Below are positions 28,758 through 39,425 of a stretch of 64,000 nucleotides of DNA, one piece after another. The notes beneath the pieces are model-generated. The model saw only the letters and a list, made by a program, of their open reading frames with translations. It was not told the DNA's origin and made no database searches. The DNA is taken from contig OY760505.1 in the NCBI GenBank assembly GCA_963663545.1, forward strand, positions 1,477,937-1,541,936. The letters are read 5' to 3'. The translations under genes and the position numbers were made by a program. Each line of letters opens with the position of its first letter. Position 1 is the first letter of the stretch. The stretch is from Candidatus Delongbacteria bacterium (lineage in GTDB: Bacteria; CAIWAD01).

Positions 28758-30059
28758 TTACAAAACAAGGCCAGCAACGCAGGCTGTCAACCAACTGGCA
28801 ATGGCACCACCGAACATGGCCTTGAGGCCTAGACGGGCCAGATCGCCTCGTCGCTCGGGAGCCAGAGCAGAGATTCCACCGATCTGGATACCGATGGAGC
28901 TGAAATTGGCGAAGCCGCAGAGGGCGTAGGTAGCAATGATCTGAGCGCGCTCAGAAATCACGCCATTGTGGATATACTCAGCCAGCGTCGCGTAGCCGAC
29001 GAACTCGTTCACTGCCAACTTGATTCCCAACAGATTTCCTACGTGCGTGGCATCATGCAGCGGCACACCCATAATGAAGGCCAACGGGGACAACAGCGTG
29101 CCAAACAAGGTGCGCAGACTACCCGGGAACCACCCTGCGTACTCACCCGATTCCTGTAACACGCCACCCAGCATTTTGCCGTCGATCAGGTGATCCACGC
29201 CACCAAGCACCCAGTCCACCATGGCAATCAACGCAATGAAGGAAACCAGCATGGCGCCGACGTTTACAGCCAGCTTGAGACCATCTGTGGTTCCGCGCGC
29301 AGCCGCATCCACCAGATTGTCACCGGAATCGATGTCCGGCAGTTCAATAACGCCTGCCGTAGCCGACTTTTCGGTTTCGGGATAAATGATCTTACCCACA
29401 ACCAGCGCGGCCGGAGCAGACATCACTGAAGCCACAACCAGGTGTCCAGCACTGACGCCCATGCCGATGTAACCCGCCAGCACACCGCCAGCAACTGTAG
29501 CAAAGCCGCCAACCATCACGGTAAGCAACTCACTATTGGTCATTTTGGAAAGGAAGGGCTTAATCAACAGCGGGGCTTCTGTCTGGCCGACAAAGATATT
29601 GGCCGAGACGGAAAGCGTCTCAGATCCGCTGGTACCCAAGGCTTTCTGCATCACGCGGGCAAGGAATTTGATGACGTGCTGCATCACGCCAGCGTAATAC
29701 ATGATGGACATGAAAGCCGAAAAGAAAATGATGGTAGGCAGCACCTTGAAGGCAAACTGGTAGCCAAATCCTGGCCAGAACTTACCATCAGTGAAGTAGT
29801 GGGCAGGGTCGGCAAGATTGCCAAAGAGAAAGCTGGCACCTTTGTCCGACAGGGACAGGAAAGAGGCAACGAAGTCGGCAAACCATCGGAAAGCAATTTT
29901 CCCGGGTTCCCAGTACAGCAACAGAAAACCCAGCACAAGCTGGATGCTGATACCCACGACGACGGTGCGAACATTGATCTTGCGCTTGTTGTTGGACATG
30001 AGGAAGGCAATACCCAGCAGTACAAGCATGCCAACCAGGCTCATCAATCTTTCCATCAC
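28758..30059 (-). CDS. nupC: Concentrative nucleoside transporter NupC family
   Basis: 433 aa multi-TM protein with conserved CNT blocks. Confidence 0.8.
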   Translation of the reverse strand: MMERLMSLVGMLVLLGIAFLMSNNKRKINVRTVVVGISIQLVLGFLLLYWEPGKIAFRWFADFVASFLSLSDKGASFLFGNLADPAHYFTDGKFWPGFGYQFAFKVLPTIIFFSAFMSIMYYAGVMQHVIKFLARVMQKALGTSGSETLSVSANIFVGQTEAPLLIKPFLSKMTNSELLTVMVGGFATVAGGVLAGYIGMGVSAGHLVVASVMSAPAALVVGKIIYPETEKSATAGVIELPDIDSGDNLVDAAARGTTDGLKLAVNVGAMLVSFIALIAMVDWVLGGVDHLIDGKMLGGVLQESGEYAGWFPGSLRTLFGTLLSPLAFIMGVPLHDATHVGNLLGIKLAVNEFVGYATLAEYIHNGVISERAQIIATYALCGFANFSSIGIQIGGISALAPERRGDLARLGLKAMFGGAIASWLTACVAGLVL

Positions 30060-30686
30060 TTACCTCTGGCTTTGCTCTGAAGGTGATTCAGTTCTCTGTG
30101 ACACAAACAGACCTAGTTGTTCTTCGCGGGGAACCACGAAGCAACTACGGCAGCGCGCCTCGTACACATCGCGGGCGCCAAGCAGCACCTGCTCGTCATC
30201 CAGTGTGAGACGCTGGGAGAAATTAGCTGGCTGGCCGCAGACGACACAGATGGCCATATTTTTAGTGACAAACTCAGCTACCGCCATCAAATCAGGCATG
30301 GGGGGAAAGGGTTTGCCACGAAAATCTTTATCTAACCCGGCAACAATCACACGCCGCCCCTCACGGGCCAGCTTCTCGCATACGGCCACGATACCAGCAT
30401 CAAAAAACTGCACTTCGTCAATGGCAACAACATTCTCGTCGCCCAGCCGCTTCAGAATGGCATCGGATGACTTGACCGTGACACAGGGGATGCTCTGATC
30501 GTTGTGTGATACAACTTCGGTCTTGCTGTAGCGTGTATCGACTGTTGGCTTGAATACGATGACTTCTTTCCGGGCGATGCGCGCCAGTCGCAGTCGACGG
30601 ATCAACTCCTCCGTCTTGCCGGAATACATGGAACCGCAAATGACTTCAATCCAGCCGTTGCCCGGGTGCATGATGCTTGCTGGCAT
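30060..30686 (-). CDS. tdk: Thymidine kinase
   Basis: P-loop GSMYSGKTEEL and C-terminal Zn-ribbon cysteines (CVVCG...CRSC). Confidence 0.85.
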   Translation of the reverse strand: MPASIMHPGNGWIEVICGSMYSGKTEELIRRLRLARIARKEVIVFKPTVDTRYSKTEVVSHNDQSIPCVTVKSSDAILKRLGDENVVAIDEVQFFDAGIVAVCEKLAREGRRVIVAGLDKDFRGKPFPPMPDLMAVAEFVTKNMAICVVCGQPANFSQRLTLDDEQVLLGARDVYEARCRSCFVVPREEQLGLFVSQRTESPSEQSQR

Positions 30687-30694
30687 GGGCCTCC

Positions 30695-31339
30695 TCAAGC
30701 CTTGTCCAGGCTGCGAAGCAGCGAGGCAATCTTGGTCTGCAACAAATCGACGGCCACCAGATTGCGACCGCCTTGGGGAATGATGATGTCCGCGAAACGC
30801 TTTGTTGGCTCGATGAACTGCATGTGCATCGGTCGCACCACCTGCTCATACTGGTCGATGACGCTGTCCAGACTGCGGCCGCGCTCCTTTACGTCACGGC
30901 GCAAACGACGAATAAAGCGCACGTCACTGTCCGTGTCGACAAAAACCATGATATCCATCATGTCGCGCAGTTCGGGCGAGTGTAACACAAGAATGCCTTC
31001 GAGAATCACAACCAAGTGGTTCTCTAGTAACACGCACTTGTCTTTGCTGCGTGCATGTTCCACATAGTCGTAAACAGGCATCTCGATGGATTCACCGCGA
31101 AGAAGACACGCCATGTGTTCCAACAGGAGTTCGTGATCGAATGCGTCGGGGTGATCGTAGTTGACGCGTTTGCGCTCGTCCAGACTTAGCTCCCAGTTGG
31201 CGCGATAGTAGCTATCCTGCTCCACCACAACCACACGGTCACTACCCAGGCGCTCAACCAGTGTGCGTGCCACAAGGGTTTTACCGGATCCCGATCCGCC
31301 CGCAATTCCTATCAGGATTGGTTTGACGCTTTTGCTCAT
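30695..31339 (-). CDS. udk: Uridine kinase
   Basis: P-loop IGIAGGSGSGKT and the uridine kinase fold. Confidence 0.85.
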   Translation of the reverse strand: MSKSVKPILIGIAGGSGSGKTLVARTLVERLGSDRVVVVEQDSYYRANWELSLDERKRVNYDHPDAFDHELLLEHMACLLRGESIEMPVYDYVEHARSKDKCVLLENHLVVILEGILVLHSPELRDMMDIMVFVDTDSDVRFIRRLRRDVKERGRSLDSVIDQYEQVVRPMHMQFIEPTKRFADIIIPQGGRNLVAVDLLQTKIASLLRSLDKA

Positions 31340-31740
31340 CGCTTTTCCAGGTACTCCGGGCTGAATCCATAGGGCAGGAGTCCCCCAATCGTCTCTTCGC
31401 GTACTTCCTGGCCGTTGCCCATGACGACCAGCAATTCAGGCGCATAGTCGTACAGGAGCTGTCGACAAGCACCACAGGGTGGAACCGCAGACGGCCCTTC
31501 GGCGACAACGGCTATTGTATCAAACTCACTCTCGCCTGCTGCAAGGGCAGTGAAGAGCGCAACTCGTTCGGCACAGCACGACAGGCCGTATGAGCTGGAC
31601 TCTACATTGCTTCCCGTAAATACCCGACCCGACTTCGTGTGTAGCGCCGCGCCCACGGCGAACTTGCTATAGCGACAATTCGCGCGTTCGCGGGCTTCCC
31701 AGGCCGCTTCAAGCAGAACCTTGTGATCAGCTGTAGACAT
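31336..31740 (-). CDS. cdd: Cytidine deaminase
   Basis: Zinc motifs CAERVA and PCGACRQ. Confidence 0.85.
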   Translation of the reverse strand: MSTADHKVLLEAAWEARERANCRYSKFAVGAALHTKSGRVFTGSNVESSSYGLSCCAERVALFTALAAGESEFDTIAVVAEGPSAVPPCGACRQLLYDYAPELLVVMGNGQEVREETIGGLLPYGFSPEYLEKR

Positions 31741-31912
31741 CGCACTTCTCCAGGAGAGCTACCGGCACCCAGACAGTCTGAATGCGAGTACACGCAGTGT
31801 TTCCGGACCCGCAGGGCAATAGACCGACAAGCACCCAGCTCCTCTGGAATGCCGATCAATGGCCACTCCGGCGTTTACCCGGAACCCAAGAGTGTAACAA
31901 ATGGCGAGGGGG

Positions 31913-32482
31913 CTATTCCTCAGCTTCGGCAAAGACCTGGGCTTCAAAGACGCGAAAAGCGCACTCCGGGCCCGTCCAGGCATCTGCGGGTAGACCTGCT
32001 TTGCGACACAAATGATGAAGCATCTGTTCGCGCGTCCAGCCCTGCTCCGGAGCTACTTGCGGCAGAAAGACCGCACTCCGTCCGCGCAAGGAAAGTATCA
32101 CGCCGTGACGTCCTATTTCGATTCTGTGGAAGCTCTCCACATCTTGGGGTTCGCTCAGCACACTGATCTCAACTGTGCACTGTTCCCACTCATCAGGCTT
32201 AATACCGGGAAAACGCGGATCATCAAAAGCGGCTGCAATTGCCATACGCTGCAGTGTTCGCCCCAGGGGTAACGCGGCCTCAATCATACCGATGCAGCCC
32301 CGCAAATATCCAGCCTTCTGCAGTGTCACAAAAGCGCCACAGGGATTGGCAAAAACGCCCTCAGCGGGAACGTCCGGCGGATCCTGCTGGTGCAGCGCAC
32401 TGGTGATGAGTTGCCGCACGTAGGTAAGGGCACGACGCTGCTCTTCGTGATTCAACATGAAGCCGCTCCTTATGGATTCCAA
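31913..32482 (-). CDS. AMMECR1-domain protein (AmmeMemoRadiSam system protein A family)
   Basis: GCIG motif (LRGCIGMIEA) and typical AMMECR1 length. It overlaps the ushA-like gene by 13 nt. Confidence 0.7.
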   Translation of the reverse strand: MESIRSGFMLNHEEQRRALTYVRQLITSALHQQDPPDVPAEGVFANPCGAFVTLQKAGYLRGCIGMIEAALPLGRTLQRMAIAAAFDDPRFPGIKPDEWEQCTVEISVLSEPQDVESFHRIEIGRHGVILSLRGRSAVFLPQVAPEQGWTREQMLHHLCRKAGLPADAWTGPECAFRVFEAQVFAEAEE

Positions 32483-33927
32483 CGTCCGTCTATGGATGAC
32501 ACGGCCTCAGGGTTCTGACGCAAAGCTTGTATCACAATATCCCGATCAATCCGGCCACTGTGTATCACGGAATGCTCGCGCGCCTGCAACCAGGGAAAGG
32601 CCGACACCTTGCTCCATACGTAGTCGGAAATGGCAACCCTATAGAGCTGGTCTTCTTTCATTGCCCCTTCCGGCAGGTCGAAGCCGACAAGTGCGTGATC
32701 ATCATTAAATCGAGCTCGCATACCGTCAAACTGCAGAAACTCGAACTCACCACGTAGGATGGCTTGGTAAGTTTCCAGCAGTTCACTTCCGCTCAACTCC
32801 ACCAACAGCATCTCATTGCCGAAGGGCGCAATCTCCCAAGCATCCCGCAGCGTTATTGGACCCGCCATCAGGTCTTTGCGAATGCCTCCCGAATTCCATA
32901 AAGCAAGGTCGGTGTTCAATTGATTGCGGACTTGCGCGGTCAGCCAATTGCCAATGTTGGACTCACCAGCGAAAACGCGCACCCAGTCTGAATGCAGCGT
33001 CCCGATTTGTTCGCCAAGAAGCTCCTCTACACGCATTTCCTGCCGTGATACAAACGCCGCCATTTCCGCATTAGGTTCGGCCAATGATGTCTCTAGCGGC
33101 AACAATCCACCACGGAATTCCACCAAACCAATTCCTGGCTCAACAATAAGTGTATCAACGCCCACGTGATACAATTGTGCACCCGTCTGCACGATCCATG
33201 TTTGTGCCACCTGCGCCGGTGGATGTATCACGGTATGCGAATGTCCGCCAATGATCAGATCAAAACCGGGCGTTGTTGCCGCCAACAGCGAATCGGCAAA
33301 CCAACCACGATGCGAAAGGGCAATGCGCAGATCGGCCTGACCGTCCGTCTCCTCTAACCACTGTGCCGCCACTTCAAAGGAGTTCATGACATGCACGCCG
33401 TGAGTGGCAGCATCGCTGCATAGGCCGTGCAAATCGTCGGGAACCAGCCCCAGCACCAGAATCTCGACCCCCTCGCGCTGCATGTGCATTTCGCGCTGGA
33501 AGGGAAAGCCACCATCATCACGCTGAAGGTTGGCCGCCAGCAGCGGTAGTCCGCTCGCTTTCGCCAAGCTATCCAGGCGGGTAAACCCGTAGTCGAATTC
33601 GTGATTGCCCACACAGATGGCATCCGGTGCGAGCCGTCTCATGACCTCAATGCAACCTTCACCGCGCGTCAAGGTGCTGATAGGCGTGCCCTGAAAAAAA
33701 TCTCCAGCGTCCAGGTAGAGCACGGCATCCTCGTGCTGTGTGCGCATTTCGACCAGCAGACCGTCAAGAACCGGTGCCCCGCCCAATTCGAGGCGACCTT
33801 CTCCATAACGCGCCTGGCGCGGCGCAAACCAACTGTGTATGTCATTTGTGTGCACAAGATAAATCGCCCGTGGTGTGGCCAGAACCTGTGTCGCCAGCAG
33901 GAATAAGCTCAGGATTGAAACCCGCAT
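32470..33927 (-). CDS. 5'-nucleotidase / bifunctional metallophosphatase (UshA-like), catalytic motifs intact
   Basis: HTNDIHSW, LDAGDFFQGT, GNHEFDYG, GGHSHT; signal peptide. Confidence 0.8.
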   Translation of the reverse strand: MRVSILSLFLLATQVLATPRAIYLVHTNDIHSWFAPRQARYGEGRLELGGAPVLDGLLVEMRTQHEDAVLYLDAGDFFQGTPISTLTRGEGCIEVMRRLAPDAICVGNHEFDYGFTRLDSLAKASGLPLLAANLQRDDGGFPFQREMHMQREGVEILVLGLVPDDLHGLCSDAATHGVHVMNSFEVAAQWLEETDGQADLRIALSHRGWFADSLLAATTPGFDLIIGGHSHTVIHPPAQVAQTWIVQTGAQLYHVGVDTLIVEPGIGLVEFRGGLLPLETSLAEPNAEMAAFVSRQEMRVEELLGEQIGTLHSDWVRVFAGESNIGNWLTAQVRNQLNTDLALWNSGGIRKDLMAGPITLRDAWEIAPFGNEMLLVELSGSELLETYQAILRGEFEFLQFDGMRARFNDDHALVGFDLPEGAMKEDQLYRVAISDYVWSKVSAFPWLQAREHSVIHSGRIDRDIVIQALRQNPEAVSSIDGRWNP

Positions 33928-34142
33928 GATCGTCTCCCGTCGGTGTTTGCTTCGCTGGAATGTAAGATTCCCGGGAACCTTAACACGGCTTCCGAGTAGA
34001 CAGCCAGCACGACGACGGGTAGCCGCCGTCCGAACCAGCCCACCTCACTCGCCGCTCCGCGGCATCCCATCGATTCAATGTGACAAGCAGTCGGGTCGCT
34101 TCCCCTAGAAGGGATCCGACTACCATTCCAAGGAGTACTAAA

Positions 34143-34997
34143 ATGCGTACAAGGAAGCACGAACTGGCGCTTACCGCCGCTGGTATGCTACTACTCAGCC
34201 TTGTTCTGGGATTGCTTTTCAGTGGTTGTGAGGAAGAATCCGGTAGCCTACAGCCAGCCACACAACAACTCGAGACAAGCATCCAGGGCACTTCGACCGA
34301 ACCGCCAATCCTGCGGATCATCTGTTTTCTGTTTCCAATGCTGCCTTTCTGCCACTCATACTACAATTCCCTTGAGTCTACTCTGCACTATCCGGGTGAG
34401 GATGGATGGCGTCCCACGGCTCGGGAAGTAGTGCAATACGGCCCATGGCACAATGCATGTCTGGATAGCTGGGTGGAACTCGAATTCGATCCCGTGCGAT
34501 GCTACGACAGCTTTCTTCACCTGGCGCAGGACTACGACATTCGCTTGCCCAGGAATGCAGAATACCACGAGCAGATCCGCGCCTGCTTCGCCATGCTCGG
34601 CGAGGGCACTGTGAGCGTGGATCAGATCCCCAGTCCGCAGCAACTGCTTCAATGGTGGCGGATGCGCCCCTCTGAGGCACCGCTGGCAAGAAACGCCAAG
34701 GCCGATGCGCTGATTGCAGGTCTCGCTGATGGAATCTCGCCAACTGAGATCAAGGAATGGCGGGGGCTTCCAAACACAGTCGCTGCCGATGACACTCTGG
34801 GCAAATGGATGGCCAACACAATGCTTGCCAGCGTGGAATGGTGGACGTCTCGCGAGAGCAACGTGGACTGGATTCCCTGGGGAGTATCAGCAGATCTGTC
34901 AGCCTTGACCGCAACTACGAATCCGACCGTTATTGGAATTGCCTCTGCGGCAGGTGTAATCGCCGATCTCCTCAGCTTCTTCAGAGATCGAAATTAA
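34143..34997 (+). CDS. Hypothetical Trp-rich lipoprotein
   Basis: AAGGAG RBS 8 nt upstream of ATG 34143; the lipobox LFSGC follows a signal peptide. Confidence 0.5.
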   Translation: MRTRKHELALTAAGMLLLSLVLGLLFSGCEEESGSLQPATQQLETSIQGTSTEPPILRIICFLFPMLPFCHSYYNSLESTLHYPGEDGWRPTAREVVQYGPWHNACLDSWVELEFDPVRCYDSFLHLAQDYDIRLPRNAEYHEQIRACFAMLGEGTVSVDQIPSPQQLLQWWRMRPSEAPLARNAKADALIAGLADGISPTEIKEWRGLPNTVAADDTLGKWMANTMLASVEWWTSRESNVDWIPWGVSADLSALTATTNPTVIGIASAAGVIADLLSFFRDRN

Positions 34998-35004
34998 TGA
35001 GCAA

Positions 35005-35030
35005 GGGCCCGCAAGGGCCCCTGATTTACT
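35005..35030. terminator. Bidirectional terminator between convergent genes
   Basis: GGGCCC-GCAA-GGGCCC hairpin (GNRA tetraloop) with a T-rich tail. Confidence 0.5.
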
Positions 35031-35046
35031 GCGCTAGTGTCTGTAC

Positions 35047-35919
35047 TTACTTGCTCACGGGGCCCTCACTATGCATGGCCTCGTCAGCATGATAGCTGCT
35101 TCGTACAAGCGGACCGGACTGCATGCGCTCGATACCGATGGATCGGCCGAAGTCCGCGTATTCGTTGAAGACATCCGGATGGACGTAGCGCTCAACGTCG
35201 TGAAGATCCCTACGCGGTTGCAGGTACTGACCGATTGTCACGAAGGAAACGCCCACTGCAGCAAGATCGCGCAGCGTGTCCTTTACTTCGTCGTCGGTTT
35301 CACCAAGCCCGACCATCATACCGCTCTTGGTGTAGAAGCCTGCTTTGACCGAGCGTTCAAGCAGCGTGAGGCTTTGTTTGTAATCCGCCTGGGGACGTAC
35401 ATCGCTGTAAAGACGCGGAACCGTCTCGATGTTGTGGTTGAGTACGTCGGGACGCTCGTTCAGCACCAACTGCAGACAGGCACGGTCGCCCTTGAAATCG
35501 GGAATCAAGACCTCAACTGTGACTTCAGGCAAGCGCTGATGGAAGAGATGTAACACAAGGGCAAAGAGCCCGGCGCCCCCATCGGGGAGCTCGTCGCGAT
35601 CGACACTTGTAATGACAACGTGCTTAAGCTTCATCTGCTCAGCTGCACTAACAACGCGCTCGGCCTCGCCCCAGTCGATAATTCCAGGACGTCCTGTCTT
35701 CACGTTACAGAAGCGGCAGGAACGCGTGCATGTATCACCAAGAATCATGAAGGTCGCAGTACCGCGATGCCAACAGTCGTGCATGTTTGGACAACGCGCT
35801 TCCTCACAAACCGTGCACAAGCGCTCCTTCTTGAGCAGCTGGTTTACGCGTCTCACGTTTTCGCCTGAAGGTATGCGAATCTTCAACCAATCCGGTTTGC
35901 GGGGGCTATTGCCTGAGGT
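35047..35919 (-). CDS. lipA: Lipoyl synthase
   Basis: Cys clusters CEEARCPNMHDC and CTRSCRFC; radical SAM. Confidence 0.9.
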   Translation of the reverse strand, partial: TSGNSPRKPDWLKIRIPSGENVRRVNQLLKKERLCTVCEEARCPNMHDCWHRGTATFMILGDTCTRSCRFCNVKTGRPGIIDWGEAERVVSAAEQMKLKHVVITSVDRDELPDGGAGLFALVLHLFHQRLPEVTVEVLIPDFKGDRACLQLVLNERPDVLNHNIETVPRLYSDVRPQADYKQSLTLLERSVKAGFYTKSGMMVGLGETDDEVKDTLRDLAAVGVSFVTIGQYLQPRRDLHDVERYVHPDVFNEYADFGRSIGIERMQSGPLVRSSYHADEAMHSEGPVSK

Positions 35920-36039
35920 CATGGGATCACTCCGAAAGGAAATGTGGATCAAAGTATGCACCGGCAGCCAGGCTGGGCGCAGAACAAAGAATGAAGGCGG
36001 ACAAGTAAACGAAAGAGCGGAGCGAGACAAAATGCCCCG

Positions 36040-38124
36040 CTACCAGATTGAGACTCGTTCCACTGCCGGCAAGTACATTCGCTGGCCAGGTTGAATCGAG
36101 TAGGCGCGGTAGAACTCCTCGATCTGCATCAGAACAAGATTGGTTCGATACCGTGGCGGTGCATGCCAGCCGCTGGCCCGTTTCAGCAGTGCTTCGGCGC
36201 CAAGTACTTCTCTCCACTTCTGAGCATAGGCCAGGAAGTATTCCTGCAGGGAATTCTGGTTGAGCTCTTCGCTTTGGCTAGCAAGCTGCAGTCCTAACCC
36301 TTCCAGAGAGATGGTCACGCCCCCCAGGTCCGCCAGGTTCTCTGCCAACTCCTTTTCACCATCCAGATACAGGGAGTCCAGCACAAGGTGGGCAGAATAG
36401 AGGCTATCCACTCTCTGCGAGGCCCTCCGGAACCGGCGGCGCGAGGGTGATTCAGCAAGGCGGGTCAGGAATCCCTTTGGCCGACCACGAGCGTCATAGG
36501 CGATTCCATTGGAATCCAGAGCGTGCGTCATCTCGTGGGCGATCATGCTACCCAGCATTGCGTATTGTGTGGCTGGTGATGTTCTCGTGTGATACAACTG
36601 CATGACGGCGCCTGCCGGGAGTGTGACACGATTCAGGCCGGTACTGTACCAAGCGTTTGTGGAGTAGGCAGGCACCCACCATCGATATGGATCAAGGTTT
36701 TGTCCCACCGAATCGAGAAGCAGCCGTCTGCGGGTTGTTCGCATTTGCATCACACAGTCGAGGTAGCCAAGCGAGTCGACGCGTACTTGTGCAAATGCCT
36801 TAGGGCAGGCTGGCCCGCCGATGTCAATGCGCATGGCATCCAGCTTCTCCAATGCATGACGCAAAGCCACTCCGCGCAGCACTCGTCCGGTTCGCAGGCG
36901 GCGCCCAAAGGCCGTTTTCAAATTCGCAACCATCTCGCGAACACGAGCATCGGCCCCTGTATCGCGCCACTTCCGCAGATACACATGCTCCAGAATCTCC
37001 GGCAGCTCCCGGCGCACATAGAACGCAACAGAATCCGTGCCCCCAAACATAGCGACATCTTCTTTGGAATAATCCGCCCTCACGGCCTTCCAGCGGGACA
37101 GCTCGGGTATTGAACATACGGACGAGTAACTGTGTATCACGCGACAAGCGGAATAGGCCCGCAACTCCGGTAGCGTGTAACAGGCAAACACACGCTGCAG
37201 CTCGCGAAAGTAATCCGGCTGGCCAAGATTCACCTGATCCGTTTTCGCCACCCCAAGCGCATAGAAGTAGTCGCCCCACTGCCAGCAAGGCAGAAGCTGT
37301 TCCAATTCACGTCGTGATACAGGATGCCTTGTATTCGCCGTGATCCACGCATCTTCATCACTCATGCTGACCGAAGCAATGCAGCTGTCAATGCTCAACA
37401 CTGCTGGTGCAAGCCTCCAAGCGTCAGCAGGCATGTACTCCCCTAGCGTCAGCAGAGAAACAATAGCCTCCTTCATCTCGCTGACTGCCTCAGGATCCCG
37501 TGATGCTTGCGGATCAGCACATACCTGAAACAGAGGCCCCGCCTGCCACAGATGAAGGGGATTCCCGGGTAAGGTCTCCCAGGGCAGCGGAGTGTGTATC
37601 GCGAAGAAGATATCCTCACCCGCAAGGTGCCCGGCACAAATGGCCCTCTGCAGCTCATCAAAGTTGCGCGCACCGGCCAGTGGCCTCACTTGCTGACGCA
37701 GAAAGAGCCGGTTCTCTTCTGGAGTCTGCAATTGTGCTGCATGCACAAAGTGGCTCAGCTGACGAGCCAGGGGGTCTGTGTCACGTCCGTCAAGATCACC
37801 TGTGCAGAGCTGAATCAGGCTGTTTGCATTGTCTTCATCCGATAGATCGTAAAAACCGTAGCTGCCCTTCCCGGCGGGTAGTGAGTAACCTGATAGCCAT
37901 GCTCCATTGGCGAACTGATAGAAATCATCGCCCGGGGCAACGGCCATATCCATCAGGCTGGAATCAATCTGCGCAGAAGTGCAAGACTGAAATGCGATCG
38001 CATTCTCCATCTGCACGGCAACGGCCTCATTCACGGTGGGCGAAGCGATCAGCATCACTAGAACAAGCTGGACTGTGATACAACAGCACGTGCTTTTCAC
38101 GACTACCTCACTTTGATGAGACAA
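36040..38124 (-). CDS. M13-family zinc metallopeptidase (neprilysin/PepO-like endopeptidase)
   Basis: HEMTHALD zinc motif and ENLADLGG motif; signal peptide. Confidence 0.8.
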   Translation of the reverse strand: MSHQSEVVVKSTCCCITVQLVLVMLIASPTVNEAVAVQMENAIAFQSCTSAQIDSSLMDMAVAPGDDFYQFANGAWLSGYSLPAGKGSYGFYDLSDEDNANSLIQLCTGDLDGRDTDPLARQLSHFVHAAQLQTPEENRLFLRQQVRPLAGARNFDELQRAICAGHLAGEDIFFAIHTPLPWETLPGNPLHLWQAGPLFQVCADPQASRDPEAVSEMKEAIVSLLTLGEYMPADAWRLAPAVLSIDSCIASVSMSDEDAWITANTRHPVSRRELEQLLPCWQWGDYFYALGVAKTDQVNLGQPDYFRELQRVFACYTLPELRAYSACRVIHSYSSVCSIPELSRWKAVRADYSKEDVAMFGGTDSVAFYVRRELPEILEHVYLRKWRDTGADARVREMVANLKTAFGRRLRTGRVLRGVALRHALEKLDAMRIDIGGPACPKAFAQVRVDSLGYLDCVMQMRTTRRRLLLDSVGQNLDPYRWWVPAYSTNAWYSTGLNRVTLPAGAVMQLYHTRTSPATQYAMLGSMIAHEMTHALDSNGIAYDARGRPKGFLTRLAESPSRRRFRRASQRVDSLYSAHLVLDSLYLDGEKELAENLADLGGVTISLEGLGLQLASQSEELNQNSLQEYFLAYAQKWREVLGAEALLKRASGWHAPPRYRTNLVLMQIEEFYRAYSIQPGQRMYLPAVERVSIW

Positions 38125-38263
38125 GAAAAGCTTCGCTCAGGGGAATGACAACCGGGAACTGTGAGTGTCGTGGAATGTGCCCAAGCTGCAGGTAAAACCT
38201 CGCACCGGCGATCCCGTGGGCTGAAACGAGAAACGGCGACCTCGCTGGCCGCCGTTTAAATAG

Positions 38264-38335
38264 TGAGGGTGGAAGGAATCGAACCTTCGACCGACGCCTT
38301 AAAAGGGCGCTGCTCTACCGCTGAGCTACACCCCC
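38264..38335 (-). tRNA. tRNA-Lys (anticodon UUU)
   Basis: Cloverleaf GGGGGTGTAGCTCAGCGGTAGAGCAGCGCCCTTTTAAGGCG...GGTTCGATTCC...CACCCTCA; anticodon loop CUUUUAA. Confidence 0.85.
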
Positions 38336-38395
38336 ACTGGAGCCGGAAAAGATAGGGCAGAGAAGCTAGAAGAGCAAATTGCTCGACTCACGAAC

Positions 38396-39199
38396 CTAAT
38401 CGTCCTCTTCATCGAAGTCAAGATCCTCATCGTCGCCGTAGATACGACCATCCTTCGCATCAACGCCAAGCCAGCGCGCCAGGTCGTCATCCACTCCACG
38501 CTTGCCACTACCGCGTCTGCGTCGTGGCACGGGATTACTCTGCTCGCGGCTTCGTGTATTCTGCGAAGGATCCTTGTCGAAATCGTCACTTCCTTCCTGT
38601 GCAAGCGGAGTTTCTGGAGTATCCATCGCGTCATCTTCGTCGTCGCCGAACTGGTTCATCCAGTATTCCAGTTCTTCGTCACGCAGAGTGCCGCCGCCTT
38701 TTCGAATGCTCACACCCTTACGGCGACCGCTATCCTCTGCCTGACGCGGTCCCTGCTCCGCTTCCCAATTGGAACGGGCCTGTTCGCCCTTGCCGCTCAG
38801 TTCCTCCAGCAGAAATCCATTGCAGTACATTGGCTTTCCACCACGCTGCCGAATGCGATCTCGTAGCTGAGAATCATCGCTGACCAGAACGATTTCCAGC
38901 GCCTTACGCGCCTTGCGAACTTCCCGCAAAATGAGCCTGAGGATTTTGTCGTCAGCGCTTTCGGGTTTGACAGCCCAGATCACTGGCAACTGCGGCGGGA
39001 CCTCTTCGTCGGGCAAACGCGCGCCATCCACAACAACGCGCAGCTGTTCAGGCTGCAAACGATTCAGCTGCAATAGCTCGCGATACAGAAGCGTACGAGC
39101 AGCTCCAGGATCGCGATCCAGCAGGCTGGAAAGCCCGTCAATCTTGTACAGAAGATTATAGGCGTCGATAAAGACCAAGCTGTCAGGACCGAATTTCAT
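38396..39199 (-). CDS. NYN/YacP (Rae1-like) nuclease domain protein with a long charged, disordered C-terminal tail
   Basis: N-terminal LVFIDAYNLLYK and VVVDGAR motifs typical of the YacP NYN domain; the C-terminal 120 aa are low-complexity Asp/Glu/Arg-rich. Confidence 0.55.
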   Translation of the reverse strand: MKFGPDSLVFIDAYNLLYKIDGLSSLLDRDPGAARTLLYRELLQLNRLQPEQLRVVVDGARLPDEEVPPQLPVIWAVKPESADDKILRLILREVRKARKALEIVLVSDDSQLRDRIRQRGGKPMYCNGFLLEELSGKGEQARSNWEAEQGPRQAEDSGRRKGVSIRKGGGTLRDEELEYWMNQFGDDEDDAMDTPETPLAQEGSDDFDKDPSQNTRSREQSNPVPRRRRGSGKRGVDDDLARWLGVDAKDGRIYGDDEDLDFDEEDD

Positions 39200-39425
39200 G
39201 GAGACATTCCAAACTTATCCACAGACCATTCGCCGAAAATCTGAGACGAGTACACATTTTAGATTTCGCGCCAATTATCGCAATCTATTTAATTTCAATA
39301 TTTTAACCACACCACTACAAAGCGCTTTGGCTTATCAAGAACTTGACATTCCAGATTTCCACAAAGAATCCACAATATCCACACTACACGGACACGCTTT
39401 CCGCAAGCTAGGCAAAGCTTGCCTG

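Noticed and set aside
35005-35090. Three GGGCCC palindromes as a possible repeat element
   Set aside because: The first two form a simple GNRA-tetraloop terminator hairpin between convergent genes. The third lies within lipA coding sequence and is probably coincidental.
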